DNA of 64,000 bases from Klebsormidium nitens (taxonomy: Eukaryota > Plantae > Klebsormidiophyceae), in assembly GCA_000708835.1 (NCBI GenBank), contig DF237322.1, forward strand, positions 26,139 through 90,138. Direction: 5' to 3'. Made by a program: the position numbers and the translations under genes. Positions 45,477 to 58,077 of the stretch are shown in pieces. The notes beneath the pieces were generated by a model. That model saw only the letters and a list, made by a program, of their open reading frames with translations. It had not been told where the DNA came from and did no database searches. Positions within the stretch are counted from its first letter, which is position 1. Every line of letters begins with the position of its first letter.

Positions 45477-48400
45477 ATGCAGCTGCTATTGGCTGGTCCT
45501 CAGTCAATGCTGACAACTCTCAAGAGGTTCACTGCAAACTCGTGTGCTCGACTCACGCAGCCAAACCAGCAAGGTCGTAACCAAGCACTTCATGCGGGGT
45601 TCCTTGTGAAGCAGCTCCACAGTCTCAAAGAGAGGTTCTTTGGACTCACTGGAAAGGGACGCCAGTTTTCTACTTCAGCTCGTCTAAACCTTGGGAAAGC
45701 TCTAATCCTTGAAACTACAGCTGTCATTGCTTCCCATCACAGTGTTGCATCTGCCCTCAAAAAGGAATCAGCGTCTATCCCCAATACGCTGGAGAGCATG
45801 GCCCAACCATTGGTGCTGTCTGCAAAGACGGAAGAAGAAGAGAGTGCCGCTTATCAGCTGATCAGCCAGGTATGGTGATGTCCTCATCAAGATTTCATGT
45901 GCACCATGACCCTCATCAGCAGTGGCTGCTTGTGCCCCCACTTTGACCACACCCGAGCTTTCTTCCTCAAGTTTTGCATAGGAGATGCCCAAAGGCTGTC
46001 CTTCCCCATGTGAGAAGTTCAGTCTATTGATTTACAGCTTCTTTCGGGTTCACTAATGGACAAAGACAGACGTCCACCCTCTGTCCTTCAAGCATCGACA
46101 CATCTCTGTTTTATGTCGAAAGGTATGCGTGTGATGCAACCGCCATCCCGCTTTTCCCCCCCGCAGAATGCCCTCAGTTTGCCCGAGGGCGTGGTTCTGG
46201 AGGGCATGTACCTGGACCACAAAGGAGGGGCAGCGCAACCAGAGGTGACCCACACAGGCGGCATTGCTCTGCAGTCCTTCAATCCAGAGGGGTACTTGCG
46301 GCATCTGAAGGCGCCAACATTTGGACGCGTCATCCTGACAGCGCATCGCCTCCCGTCAACACACAGCCTGCTATCTCAGTAAGTGAACCTCAGTAAGTGA
46401 CTCGAAGCATCGCACCAATAAACCCTTTTCATGCTGTAAAATACTAGTTACAATGCTGAGGATTCTCTATGGGCGCTACGAACGAATTCCACATGCTTTT
46501 GTAACTTGGAGAAGCCCATGCAGAGAGTTCAACCTCTGCAAATTGACTGTGAATCAGCATGGCTCTTTCAACTTTCCGTTTGATAATCCAGGTCGTAGTG
46601 ATCCCATTCTGTCGCTTGAAGAGTTGCAATAGTCAGTCTTCTTGCTGAGAATCCGATGGCGGTCTGTTCATAGGGTACTTTCCTGGTTCGAAAACAACAG
46701 TCCTATTGAGTGTGCCTATGCGAAGCAGAGCAACTTCCTGAGCACATGAAGTTACAGCAGAGGCAAAACCTTGCGCGCAGGAACTTCCAGTCTGTCCCGG
46801 AGGGCACTGTCTGTGTTGCTGACATCCAAACACAAGGCAAAGGTGACCTTAGCAGTGCTAGTCGATCATACCTTCTTGCTTCAGTTGTTCCTGAAATCTG
46901 TTTGAAAACAAGATTGTATGCTTCGCATCCATCAGGAGTACCTCATGAGGAGAGTCTATCAACATCGAAGTTGCTCACTGCTTGAAAAGGGCCGTCTTAT
47001 GTCGACCTCAATCTACTTCAGCCGCAGAATTTCTTTCCCTTGGAATTCCAGAGATCAGCTTACGCGTCACATGTTCGCAAACATCCAAGTTGGCCGGTCT
47101 GCAGGCAGTCCCTAGTTTCCTGATCGTTTCTGCTGTGCATGCCATCTCTTGCTTCCCCCGACTGCCCGGGCATATCGCCCTTTACAAGAGCCAAGCAAAC
47201 CCGAGGAGTGGAGGGGAAAAAGGAGGGCTGACTTCGCTACCAGAGTTCGATTCTTGTTGGCCTGGCTGGAGCGTTGACCCCGAGCCTGTCCCGTGCAGGG
47301 CGCGCGGGCAACAGCTGGGAGTCCCCCCCGGGCTGCCTCATGTTCTCGTTCACTCTCCTCCACGGGGATGGCCGCACCCTGCCCCACCTGCAGTACATCG
47401 CCAGCCTCGCGGTGGCCCAGGGGGTGCAGAGACTAGCCGATGCACACTACCAGGTGAGCGGCGCGCACCGACTGCTCTTTGAGAAATTGGGGGACCGTTT
47501 CCTGCTCGCGCTCTACACCACTTTGGAGACTCTGCCCACTTGGGAATCTGCCGGAAGAGTCATTGCCAAGGAGAGGAGTCAACCCCACTTCCAGAGAAGT
47601 CGACCAGTCGACTCCGATCGGTCGCTAGATTTGCTGATTCGAGTTCGAATGCGTTCTCGCATCGGTTAGTGTAAAGGAGTGGAGAAGGGACCTCTCTTGA
47701 AAGCTGGCCCGAAGCGTCAGGATTCCGCCCGTAGGCTTGGTAAGCCTCCAAGGAGCGCTCGGGAGGCACTCTGACGTCGCTTCTCGTACTAGGAAGTCGA
47801 CACTCGTCGCTTCGAAAGCCCCCAGGCAATCGAAGGCCTCGAGCCATCTTCTTTGCACGATTGTGACGGCCTTCGTTTTGGCAGGCAGTGGACCTCGGGG
47901 TGCGGATCAAGTGGCCCAACGACCTGTACGCGCGCAAGCAGAAGATCGGCGGCGTCCTCTGCACCTCGTCCTCCATGGGAACAACCTTTAAAGTCACTGT
48001 GGGTGAGGAGCGCAGCGGCCAGTGGGGGAGTAGTCAACATTGGACTTTTTCCTCGCACTTGGCATCATTCGTGGCGGTGCTAATTGTCAATACGTCATCG
48101 TCGAAAGCGGGACTTGCTGTGATGAACTTTAGGAGGACGCCTAAATGGAAAAGAAGTATTTCGCGAGTGTCTTTGCGATCCAGCTGTCTGGGGAGCTAAA
48201 GTCTGACGAATTCCGAGCCAGTGCACTCGCCAAAATTCACTCAGCTCGACTTTCTCCGGGCAGTAGTCTGTCCAGTTTTGCAAGTCCGTTCCTACTGAAG
48301 ATCTGGTCGTCACACTCTGCACAAACTTGCCAAGGTATTGTCCTGAGAAGGAAGACACGTTTTGACTTTTAGAGGAGACAGAAGTCAAAAGCAAGAATGC

Positions 48401-50691
48401 GAGGCAACCGGGAAGGGGCACCTGCGACTCGAAACCGAACACAACAGGACTCCCTTCCCACTGCGCAGGCATTGGGTTGAACGTGTTCAACCGGGAGCCC
48501 ACGACGTGTCTCCAAGCGATCCTGGACGACTTGCGGCCGGGGGCAGCGCCCCTGGTCAAGGAGGAGCTGCTGGCAGCAGTCATGAACCGCTTCGAAGAGC
48601 TCCACACCACCTTCATGTACGCAGGTGAGACGCCACGGGGCGTGATGCCAGCTCGTGCATTTAGAGAGGGCGGCCCCTCACGTGGTTCACCGGCCGACAC
48701 GCACTTCGGAACCTGCGACTGGTGGTCGCTGCGATGGATTTACCACGTGCCTTTAAGAACGACCGTCGAACCGGAGCCTTCGCTTCTCAGTCTTCAAACC
48801 GTGTCTGTATGAGCTTCGCCGGTGCTTCTTGTACGGTACATAAGCGCCGTGTCGTACCGTGCGCCAAGGACGCCGGAGTCCACCCGCTTCCCCACGTCTT
48901 GGCGTATGAAGCGAAGTCTTTCTTCGAGCAACGTGTCACCTGAGGGTTGCAACTCTCTTTCGGCTTTTGAATGTCACAAGACCTAGATGCAGTCATTACT
49001 CAAGTTCGCCTTTGCACAGAGAACGCACTGTTTCCGTTCCGGTACTCCGGTCATAGTTGAAGTGATTGATGATCGTGCATTCTTCCCCTGACCTCTCAAT
49101 GTGCAAAGTACCGCTCACAGCTGATGGTGGCTATTCCTCGGCCCGGCCAGCTGTGTTGGTGTGTGCGTCTCGCAAGGTCAGGAAAAGTCGAGCGCCGACG
49201 AAGTTGCATAGCAGCGCATGCCGGACGGTTCGTGCTGAAAAGACCTGACACGATGACCTGTCGTCCAGGTTTCCGAGGAGTCGAGTACAACTACCTTAAC
49301 CTCTGGCTTCACAGGTGCGATCACTCACGCGTTTACTCCATGTCCATTGCCAAATCGGTGACCCTTTCCCGCATTCCCCGGTTGCCGTCCCTCTCTTCGT
49401 AGTTTGAATGCCGTTCAAGCTTTGGTGTTCAGAGACTTCCAGGGAAGAAGCCCACGGGCATACATCTGAGGTCTCGTACTTGTCGAACTCAGTTCTGGCT
49501 GCATTTCTGCGCCAGCCGACTCGTCATCCGGAAGATCGCAATCAAGATATTTTGTTACTCGTCTAGTGAGCGTACGTCGTGCCTAAAACTCGTCTTGACA
49601 AATGGACGGCAAAACCCTTTTCCGTGAGAACCAGCATCGACAACACGGGTGGAGAAAATCTCAGGCCGCTTGCGAAGACACTTGCGAAGACACATGAGAA
49701 CGTCATCCTCAAATTGCGCCGATCGCGACATGCTGAAAGTGCTGTCTCTCTTTCTCAGCGGGCAAAAAGTGGTTATAAAGGAGGGTGGCGAAAACGGGGA
49801 ACCAGCGACCGAAACGCCGGTGACAATAAAGGTGGGCTGCCCATCGCGACGCCTCCGGTAACTGTGCTGGTCTCTAGTCGCCTGTTTTGCGGAATCCGCG
49901 TCCGCAGGAGTGGTTGCATCTAATGAGAGGCCCGAAAGGAAGCGGACTTCTCCGCCGGAATCTTGCTGGATCAAGCAAGAAGGGGTGTAGTTCGCCACTG
50001 GTAGTTCCGGATGCAGAGGTTCTGCGACGTCACCCTCTTGTACAAGAAGGCCAGATGCAGGATACAGGTAGTGGTGTGCTCCGACCCGGGTGGGCAACTG
50101 GACAAGCCTTCACGACACAACCGCCGTGCTCTCACACCGCCGCTAGCCAGGTCTGAGTCAAGATCCTGCTTGACTCTCTTCTGCAGGGCCTTTCTTACAA
50201 CGGCTTTCTCTTGGCGTCTGACGAGAAGGGCGAACAGTACGAGCTTAGCCCGGACGGGAACAGGTGCGCGCGCGTCTGTCCTACCCCCTTTTGTCCTCGT
50301 GTTCCCTTTTTGTCCTCTTTTTAGCGAGGCCGTGTGGGACTCTAGAATAGGTCGGCGACTAAAAAGCGGGGACTCTTCATTCGTCACCTCCTGCGGACTA
50401 ACACGATTCCGATTGGGCGATATCGCTGCCGTGTGAAAGCCGGGCACGGCTTGCTGAACGCCCTTGGCATAGAACGCCTGTACTTCGTGGGGCCTTGTCA
50501 ATGAAGCTGACTGTTGATGACTAATGAGAGGTCGTATGTTTGTCCTTTTCCATTGGGGGGCCTTGTTTCTGGAGAGGTTGTTTACAACGCCAAGCTTCTC
50601 TCCATTCTTTCACGTAACGATTGCTGTCTTTTGCAGTTTGGACTTTTTCAACGGCCTCATCAAACGGAAAATTCTTTCAGCCGCTGGGTGA
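45477..50691 (+). CDS. HCS1: Holocarboxylase synthetase / biotin-protein ligase with N-terminal transit-peptide extension
   Basis: Exon 1 (45477-45869), then NALSLPEG...TFGRVILTAHRLPSTHSLLSQ|NFQSVPEGTVCVADIQTQGK|GRAGNSWESPPGCLMFSF, VRIKWPNDLY..KIGGVLCTSS, GIGLNVFNREPTTCL, NLWLHSGQKV and ELSPDGNSLDFFNGLIKRK, ending SAAG*. Confidence 0.93.
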
Positions 50692-52159
50692 ATGGAGTCG
50701 GCACTGCACGGGTGCCATGTCTCAGCTCCAACCGACAGGCGGGAAAGCCCCAATGCGCCAGCATTGTAGGGACGGCGCAAGAGATTCCCAACAGAGCGGA
50801 CCTTTGGAGACTTCAGTTCTAGAAGAGCACGCAATTGTCTCGAGAGCAGTTGTCTCAAGAGCATGTTTGATACCAGTCAGAATACATAGCAGTCGTGACA
50901 CGCCCGGGTAAATCCGTGCATCTCTTTCAGTCAGCACGGCCATCCACGAGGGCGTTCGGGCAGTTGGTGGGATGGAGGATCTGGGACATGCTTCCATGCC
51001 AGCACGCTGGGCCATTGCAACAAGCTTCTGGATGCTTGCTTGGACTAAGTACGTCACTAAAATTTTCATATATAACCCCTCTCGTCGCTTAACTGTTTCC
51101 GTCCATAACGCCATTTGGTCTTCAGCAAAGGCATGAGCTTAAACGCAACGCACGTGTACCATGGCGGGGGGCATCCTGTTGGACGCCAAAATTGAGTGTA
51201 CGGAGGCTCTAGCTAGACGGTCGATTATGGCTGACGTCCGGTTCGACTTCATGGTACTACGATGGTGCTTGAGCTATCTGAAGCCTGCATTAAGAATCAA
51301 GTGCAGTCCATGGGGTATTACTGCCGGGGAAAACATCGCGGTACGCCTGGACCTAGTTTGTCCAGCCACATCTTAATTCCGGTGATCTTGTATCAGGCCG
51401 GGGCCACCGTACTACCCAGTCAAACTTGACGACCACGACGTCTCTGCCCATGTATAAGTGCATGCCAGTCGGACAATTGGCAGATTGATGTAGGACGGTG
51501 TAGTATACGTATCGTGAAGATCCAGTGATGCCTAGACATATTGAGAAAATCCGTTCCCCATGCTAGAGTACGTGAGGCCATGATGGCCGGCATTTATTTA
51601 CGCGGGTGCATATAACTTCGTACAACTGCACCCATGCAGGCTTACAGCCAAGTCTCCACAGTACCGGCCGCACATAGAGATCCGAGTTCAACCGGTCAGG
51701 TAGGCATATAAGGCATAGAGCAGAATCAGCTACTGTAGATCACACCGCCTTTTCTTTTCTCAAGGCAATTGCAATAAAGTAAGGCGGCAATGCAGAGAGC
51801 TTCATCAACGACAATGCCCTTCAAGGCTTGGCGCCTGCATGTTGCTAGAGTTGGGCATCACACCAAGGATTCTGTGCTTCACCGACTACTTCCCAACGTC
51901 CCCGCCTGATACGTGCTTGTTCATGTTCCAAAAAGTGAAGGCGCAGGGGAAAAGAATCTGACATTTTGATGCAAGGCTCAAAACACCAGTTGTGACATGG
52001 CACAAACTCCGACCAGCAATGGTCATCGTCATACAACCGCTGAGTCGATTTGACTAAACCTCAAGGCGGTTATGACAAACGAGAGCATGCATGCTTCCCC
52101 TTCGGTATGGCTTTTCCCCTTGGCTACTGCACTTTCAAAGGACACCGTTCGCTGCACGT

Positions 52160-55100
52160 TCAAGGAACGCCGTTTGCCGCTTTTGCAAAGTACTGCTCCA
52201 TGTAGTCCACTACGAACTTCTTCACCTTGGCCCCAAGAACGCTCTTCTGAAGAGGCCGAGGTCCCTTGCCCTGCACGAGGCAAGAGAAACAATGTTTAGA
52301 TCAGCCTCCAGACTGGGCTCGAGGATCTCCTCAACAACGTGCTTCAGTGTACCATGGCACATCAAAGAGGAGCAGCGAGGTGTCGGCCCACGTCCCGCCC
52401 CCGTGCTTCGGACGGCTTGCCCGCGTGTGGCCTCACCTGGCCCTGTTTCTCCCGCTCCTGGTACGCCTTCTTCTCGCCGCTGATGATCTTGCCCGTCAGC
52501 TTGCTGCAGATCTCCTCCGCCTTGTTCTTCTGGATCTGCACCCCCACACGCATGCAGCATCGTCAGCCCATTTGCAGCACATAATGCCCCGCAGTGGGGA
52601 GGCCTGGCAAGCCCCCCAGCGCATCTCGAAACTGCTACGGCGGAGCCAGAGCTAAGGCCGGGCCAGCAGCGACCGTCGCGCCAAAGCGAGCAGAGAGAGA
52701 GAAGAGTGAGTCCGGCTGCCACCAGGGTTCCCCCACGACTGGCCCGAGGGGCGTGCGTACCTTGAACTTGTAGGCCGCCATCCTGTAGCGCACAATCTCC
52801 ATCACCTGCACAAACGACAAGCGCGGGCGGCCCCAGTCAGTTCCGGGCCCGATCGTGCGGGCACCTCCGGATGCAGCAGACACAAGCACGAGAGGCCGCC
52901 CTGGGCCACAGCGCTAGGGAAGAGGGGCCAGAGCAGCCCCGTCTACAGCCCCGTCCTGCGCTGCCAGAATCGGAGGAGGCGGGCCTAGCTTGTCGTCGCT
53001 TGCGCGGCCGTGCTCACCAGGTGCTGGAAGTCCGACGACGTCGGCTCGTCGGAGATCCAGTCGCGGCTGCTGCTGTCCTCGCTACCGGGGGCCCCCCTGC
53101 GTGCTTCTCCTGCCCCCCCGTGAGGCGCCATCGTGGGGCTGGCCGCATGCGCCTGCCCTCCGTTGGCCAGCGCTGCGGGAGCTGGCGGGGGGGGCCCTGG
53201 CGGCCGCTGCATTGCGGCAGGGGTCGGCCCGCTGGGCAGGGGGGGCGGGTGCATGGGCGGGCGGGCCGGCGGGAAGGCCGGCTGCGGGGGCAGAGAGGCA
53301 TACGGCGGTAGAGGAGGGGGCCGCAGGTAGCCGCCTTCACCGGGCCGCATGGGCTGAGGGGGCAGGGGCGGCGGCGGCGGCGCGAGCTGTCCTGGAAGGG
53401 GGGGCGGGGGTGCCCCTCCCGGGTACGGCCGCTGCGTGGCCACAGGGTATGAGGGGGGAGGGGGCGGCGGCTGCGGCTCCCCTGGCGGTGGTGGTGGCGC
53501 GGCCCCGTCTGGGGGCAGCGGCGGCGGCTGCAGGGGATGCAAGCCGGGAGCGAAGGGGCTGCGCTCCGAGGGGCGGGTCCAAGGGGCGCCTGTCCCCGGC
53601 GGCGCGGGGGAGTGCCAGGGAGGCTGGGCCATCGCGGCGTTGGCTGTGGGCCCCTCCCACGGTGCCCTGGGCGGGCCAGGCTGGTGGCTGCCGCTGCGAA
53701 CGGGCGGAGCGCTCCTCGGCCCCCATGGCGGAGGGGTGCTCCCTGCCTCTGCTGGCGGAGCAGGGGGCCCGGGGCTGGGACCTGCAGTGGGGTGCGCCTT
53801 GCCCTCCCCGGCCTGGATGGTGGCCAGCATGCGCTGCTGCCACACCGCCACCTTGCGGCGCCCCTCTGCCTCTAACGACCGTGGCGACAAGGGCGCGGCG
53901 CCCACATCCACCGGCCTCTGTTCCTGCGCCCCTCCACTGGCCCCCTGCTGCGGAGCGGCTGTAGGCACTGCCGATGCACCGCCCTCGCTGGCATCCCTCT
54001 TGGGAGGGCCGTTAGACGGCGCCGCCTGCCCCGCTTTCTGGGAGCTAGGCCCCGGCTCGCGCTGCTGCGCCCCTTGCTCCTCCGCCCAGGGATCCCCCGC
54101 ATGGTCACTGAAGCCGGTGCGCCGCCGTTCCCGCCTTGGGCTGTGCTCCCTCGGGGGCGGGCCTGGGGACCACGATCTGCGCGCAGGAGACCTGGTGCGC
54201 TCCCTCGAGCGCCTCTCGTGGCCCCTCCCTTCCCGCGGCCTGTCCTCCGCGCGCCGCTCCTCGCCCCACGGCAGCTCCGTGACGCGGGCCCTGCCCTCGC
54301 CACGCTCGTTGAAGCACTCCCGCCCACTCCGAAACGCTTCTCGCTCTGGGGACCTGCTCTGCGGCCCCCGTGTACTGTCTTGTTGCGCCAGGTTCCTCAA
54401 TGGAGGCCGGGGGCTGGCCGGTCGCGAGGGCCCCCGTGCCGCATCCCTTTCGTGTGGCATTGCGCAACTGGGCATGCCCCTGTCTCCACGGCTGCTGCCA
54501 TCAGCGGGGCTGTCGTACCGCAGAGCGTCCCCTGGCCCGTTCTGCCCCCAGCGCTCCGCTGGGCCTGCCCCATAGGCCCGCGCCTCGTTCCTGCCAAACG
54601 TTGTATCCTGCGGCAGCCTGCCTGCCAGCCGCGCCAGCTCCGGGTCGGAGCCCCGGCTGTAGCTCGCCCCGGGAAAGGGAGGCGCAGGCGAGAGGGGCCG
54701 CCGCGGCGCAGGGAGGCCGGGCGCACCCGGCGCGCGAGTGGCGGGCAGCAGCTTGAGCCGGAACTGGCGCACGCGCGCCTGCAGCTCGCGGTCCGAGTGG
54801 CGCTCCAGCAACGCCAGCGCGTCGTGGAGAGTGGGGGGGGGAGACAGGGCGTGTGCAGCAGCGGGGTGCAGCTGCAGGAGGTGCTCTGCGTGCAGGAGGC
54901 CCTGGTCCGCCAGGAACTCGAGCGTGCGCACCAGCTTGCGCAGCACGGGGGGCTTGTCGGGGTCCTCGCGCAGGTGCAGCAGCAGGCTCTTCACCACCTC
55001 CAGCCCTGCGCACACGACCCCCCAACAGAGCAGTCAGGCAGGGCAGGAGCCAGCATAGCAACGCGATGCAAATGGCAGCAGGAAAGAAGCACGGGCTATT

Positions 55101-57445
55101 GCCCCCATCTGTCAAAAAGATGACCAACAGTCTAGGGAGCGGCACGCGAGGCACACGCAGGCACGCAGGGGCGGCTGACCGTTGGTGGCGACGAAGTCCT
55201 TGAGCACGCTGCGCGAGTGCGTTCTGAGGAGCGCCTCCAGCAGCACCATGAGGTCGCGCGTGCTGCACAGCTTGCGCCCGCCCTTGCCCTCGCCGCCCGC
55301 CACTTCCGCCTGCGCCAGCAGCGTGATGAACTCCTGCGCCGCACCTTTCCGCCGCTCCAGCCCCCCTTCCTCGTCCAGCAGCCCCGCCAGCTCCCTCTCC
55401 ACCTCGCTGCGCACCACGCCAGCCCCCTTCCCCGCAGCGCCGCGGCCCCCCTTGCCCGCCTTGACCTTCTTGCTGCGCGGAGGCGCCCCCTCTGGCTCGC
55501 TCCCCTTCTTGCGCTTCTTGGCCAGCTTGCGCTCCGCGTCGTCCAGCGCGGCCTGCCCCGCGCTGCCGCTGCCGCGGTACTGCAGCGCCACCTGCAGCAG
55601 CTGCGCCTGCTTCTTCTGGAACCGCTTGTTCCCCTCCAGCACCGCCGCCATGTCCGCAGGGACAGCCTCCCCCTCCCCCCTCCCGCCTCCTCCCCCGCCC
55701 CCCGCCTCCTCCGGCAGCATGATCGGCTCCGGCTCCTCCTCCTCCGCCGCAACCGCTGCGCTGTCCGCTGCGACCCGCTCGCGGGCACGCTCAATGCGCG
55801 CCTGCACCTTCTTGGCGGCAGGGGAGTCGAGGTCCCCCCCGATCCAGCCGCGGCACTGCGGCTCCCCGCACAAGCACGGCTTGGCATCCTTGCGGCTCTT
55901 GTCATAGTTGTAGTCGAATGTGAGCTCCTCCCCCGCGACCACGTCGCGCAGCGTGAAGAGGCCCACGCACAGCTCCCCTCGCACCTGCCACTTCTGCACC
56001 TCCGCGTTCGGGTTGCAGCTGTGGTTGATGAAGCGGCCCAGGTTGCCCTTCTGGCACGCGTCGATGTACTCCCCGTTGCCGATGGTCATGAAGTACATGT
56101 GCCGCTGCCCCTCGCGCGCGTACTGCCGCAGCCGCCCCTCAAACGTCGCCTCGTCCAACACCTGCAACCACAGATAGGCGCTCAACGCCAGCATGGTCAC
56201 AGCACCTCCCAGATCTGCTCTCCCAACCAACACGCTGCACGCCTGATCGACCGCGCGCAAAACGGGCGCACACATAGCAGTGCGGGCGGCTCACCTCTCC
56301 GGTGTACTCGATGAAGAAGGTTTGCTTGGGGATGTCCTCGCAGGCGCGCAGGCCAAAGCCCTTGCTGCCGCAGCGCGCCACCTCCAGCTGCCGGTACGCG
56401 CGCCGCTGGAACTGCAACCACGCAAAGCAAAGACGGGGCGGCCTCACCACCACAGCATCAAATTGAGCAGCAGCATGCGCAGGGGCAGCGTGCAGTGCGA
56501 CAACACCAGGAGAGAGAGCGAGCTCAAAGGGCACGCCCTTCGGAAATGCCACAAGGGCCAGCTGGAGAAGGGCCGCGCCCCTGCAATTTCATCAGAGTCA
56601 ATTGAACGCGCTGATAATGAAGTCCTAGCTGCAGGACTGGACGGAAACAGGACAAGAGGGGATGGGGCGCCCTACTGCGCACCTGTTGGTTGGTGCAAGC
56701 GTCCCCACATGGGCAGTGCTTGGGGGCACACTCCACCTTGACCAGCCGGTTCAGGCAGTCCTCTAAGCAGCCGCGCTTCCCAGGGGGGGGCGGCCAGCAC
56801 TGGCACACCATCACCTGCACGAACACACCGCACACGGGTCGGGGGTCCATGTTTAACAAGGCCAGACAAGCACAGCGCACGGCGGCTGTGCCAACATCGG
56901 CAAGACGTGCCCGGGAATCCGATCATGGTCATCGCTGCCTGGACCCTTGCCCTCACACCAGCTGCCCCTGCCAGCCTCCTCTTCTCCCGCGCTCCCTGCT
57001 GTGGCCGCCTGCTCACCTCTTCGTCCTTCCACGCCTTCCTCTTGCGTGTCACGTACAGATTCTGCCGCGTCAGCTGCCACACCGCCGGCTTCCTGTCGCC
57101 TTCACTTCTCGGAGGGGGCGTCCCTGCCTCCTCGCTCTCGCTGCTGCTCGCCTCCTCCTCCTCCCCGTCCTCCTCGGCGTCGTCCGCGCTCTCCTGCTGC
57201 CCACCCTCCTGGTCGCTGTCAATCCCCAGCTGCCGGTTGATCTCCGCATCGCTCATCTCCTGAGGGACCTTGCATCGGTTGAAAGCGGAGTCTGGGTTCA
57301 TCTTGCAGAACCACTTGTCATCATCCGTGAGCGCGTCTGCCATCTCCACTGGCACGCGCCGCCACTTCTGGCACTTATCGCACTGCACCCATGTCTCCTT
57401 CTCCTTCGCCGCCAGTGCAGCCCCCGCTGCGCGCGGCTGTGCCAT
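52160..57445 (-). CDS. ASHH2: H3K36 methyltransferase, ASHH2/SDG8/Set2-like (CW-AWS-SET-postSET, helical domain, Pro-rich region, SRI-like C-terminus)
   Basis: CW finger WVQCDKCQKWRRV...WFCKMNPDSAFNRCKVPQE, AWS CLEDCLNRLVKVEC, SET GKGFGL...GNLGRFINHSCNPN...ELTFDYNY, post-SET CLCGEPQCRG, STRDLMVLLEALLRT helical block, and final exons ending KVKKFVVDYMEQYFAKAANGVP*. The true start may include an upstream exon. Confidence 0.9.
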
Positions 57446-58077
57446 GATACTTGCGCCCCTTTCCCCTGGGCTTGTGCCCACCCTCTGAGGGCCTGCTCAC
57501 CAACTGCGCTGCCCCTGCGCGGCCGGGCCAAACCGCACCCCCAGTACTCAAACCGTTGTCATGCTGTAGAGCACTTTTTTCTCGTGAAGCGCCATGTTGA
57601 TGCCTCAGCTCAGGTAGTGTCCTTGTTGACAAAGACATGCCTCTCTGCTCCAGGATCAAAGCGCAGAGTCGGTCTCTGACTCTCTGTGACTGAGCCAGAG
57701 TCTGAGGATCTCTGTTCAAGTTGCCTCCTTGCGAAGCTTGATTGCGCGAGGCGACCTCATGCCAGCCGCGCGGCAGATGATGAGCGCCGAAATACAGGTA
57801 CAGCTTTCTGCGCGTATTAAAGATCTCGCTTCAGGGCGTGCGCACTGACTGCTCGAAAGCTCTGCACAGCTCCCGGCTTCAGCCTCAGGCTCATGAGGAT
57901 AGCAATGTTCAGCTGACACAGTCGATCGAAGCAGAAGCAAGGACCAGGCCTCGACAGGGCGAGCAGGTGGCAATTGGTGAGAGAGGTGGCGCGCGGGAGG
58001 GCGGCTGCTTCCCTGGACGATCAGTCTGCGGGGTGTTGTGGGGAAGGGCCCGCTTGGCGGTGAGAGCGGGGGCCAGC

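Noticed and set aside
52990-56314. Several 240-380 aa ORFs on the opposite strand or in other frames of the SET gene
   Set aside because: Very GC-rich, stop-poor sequence; only one frame matches known domains.
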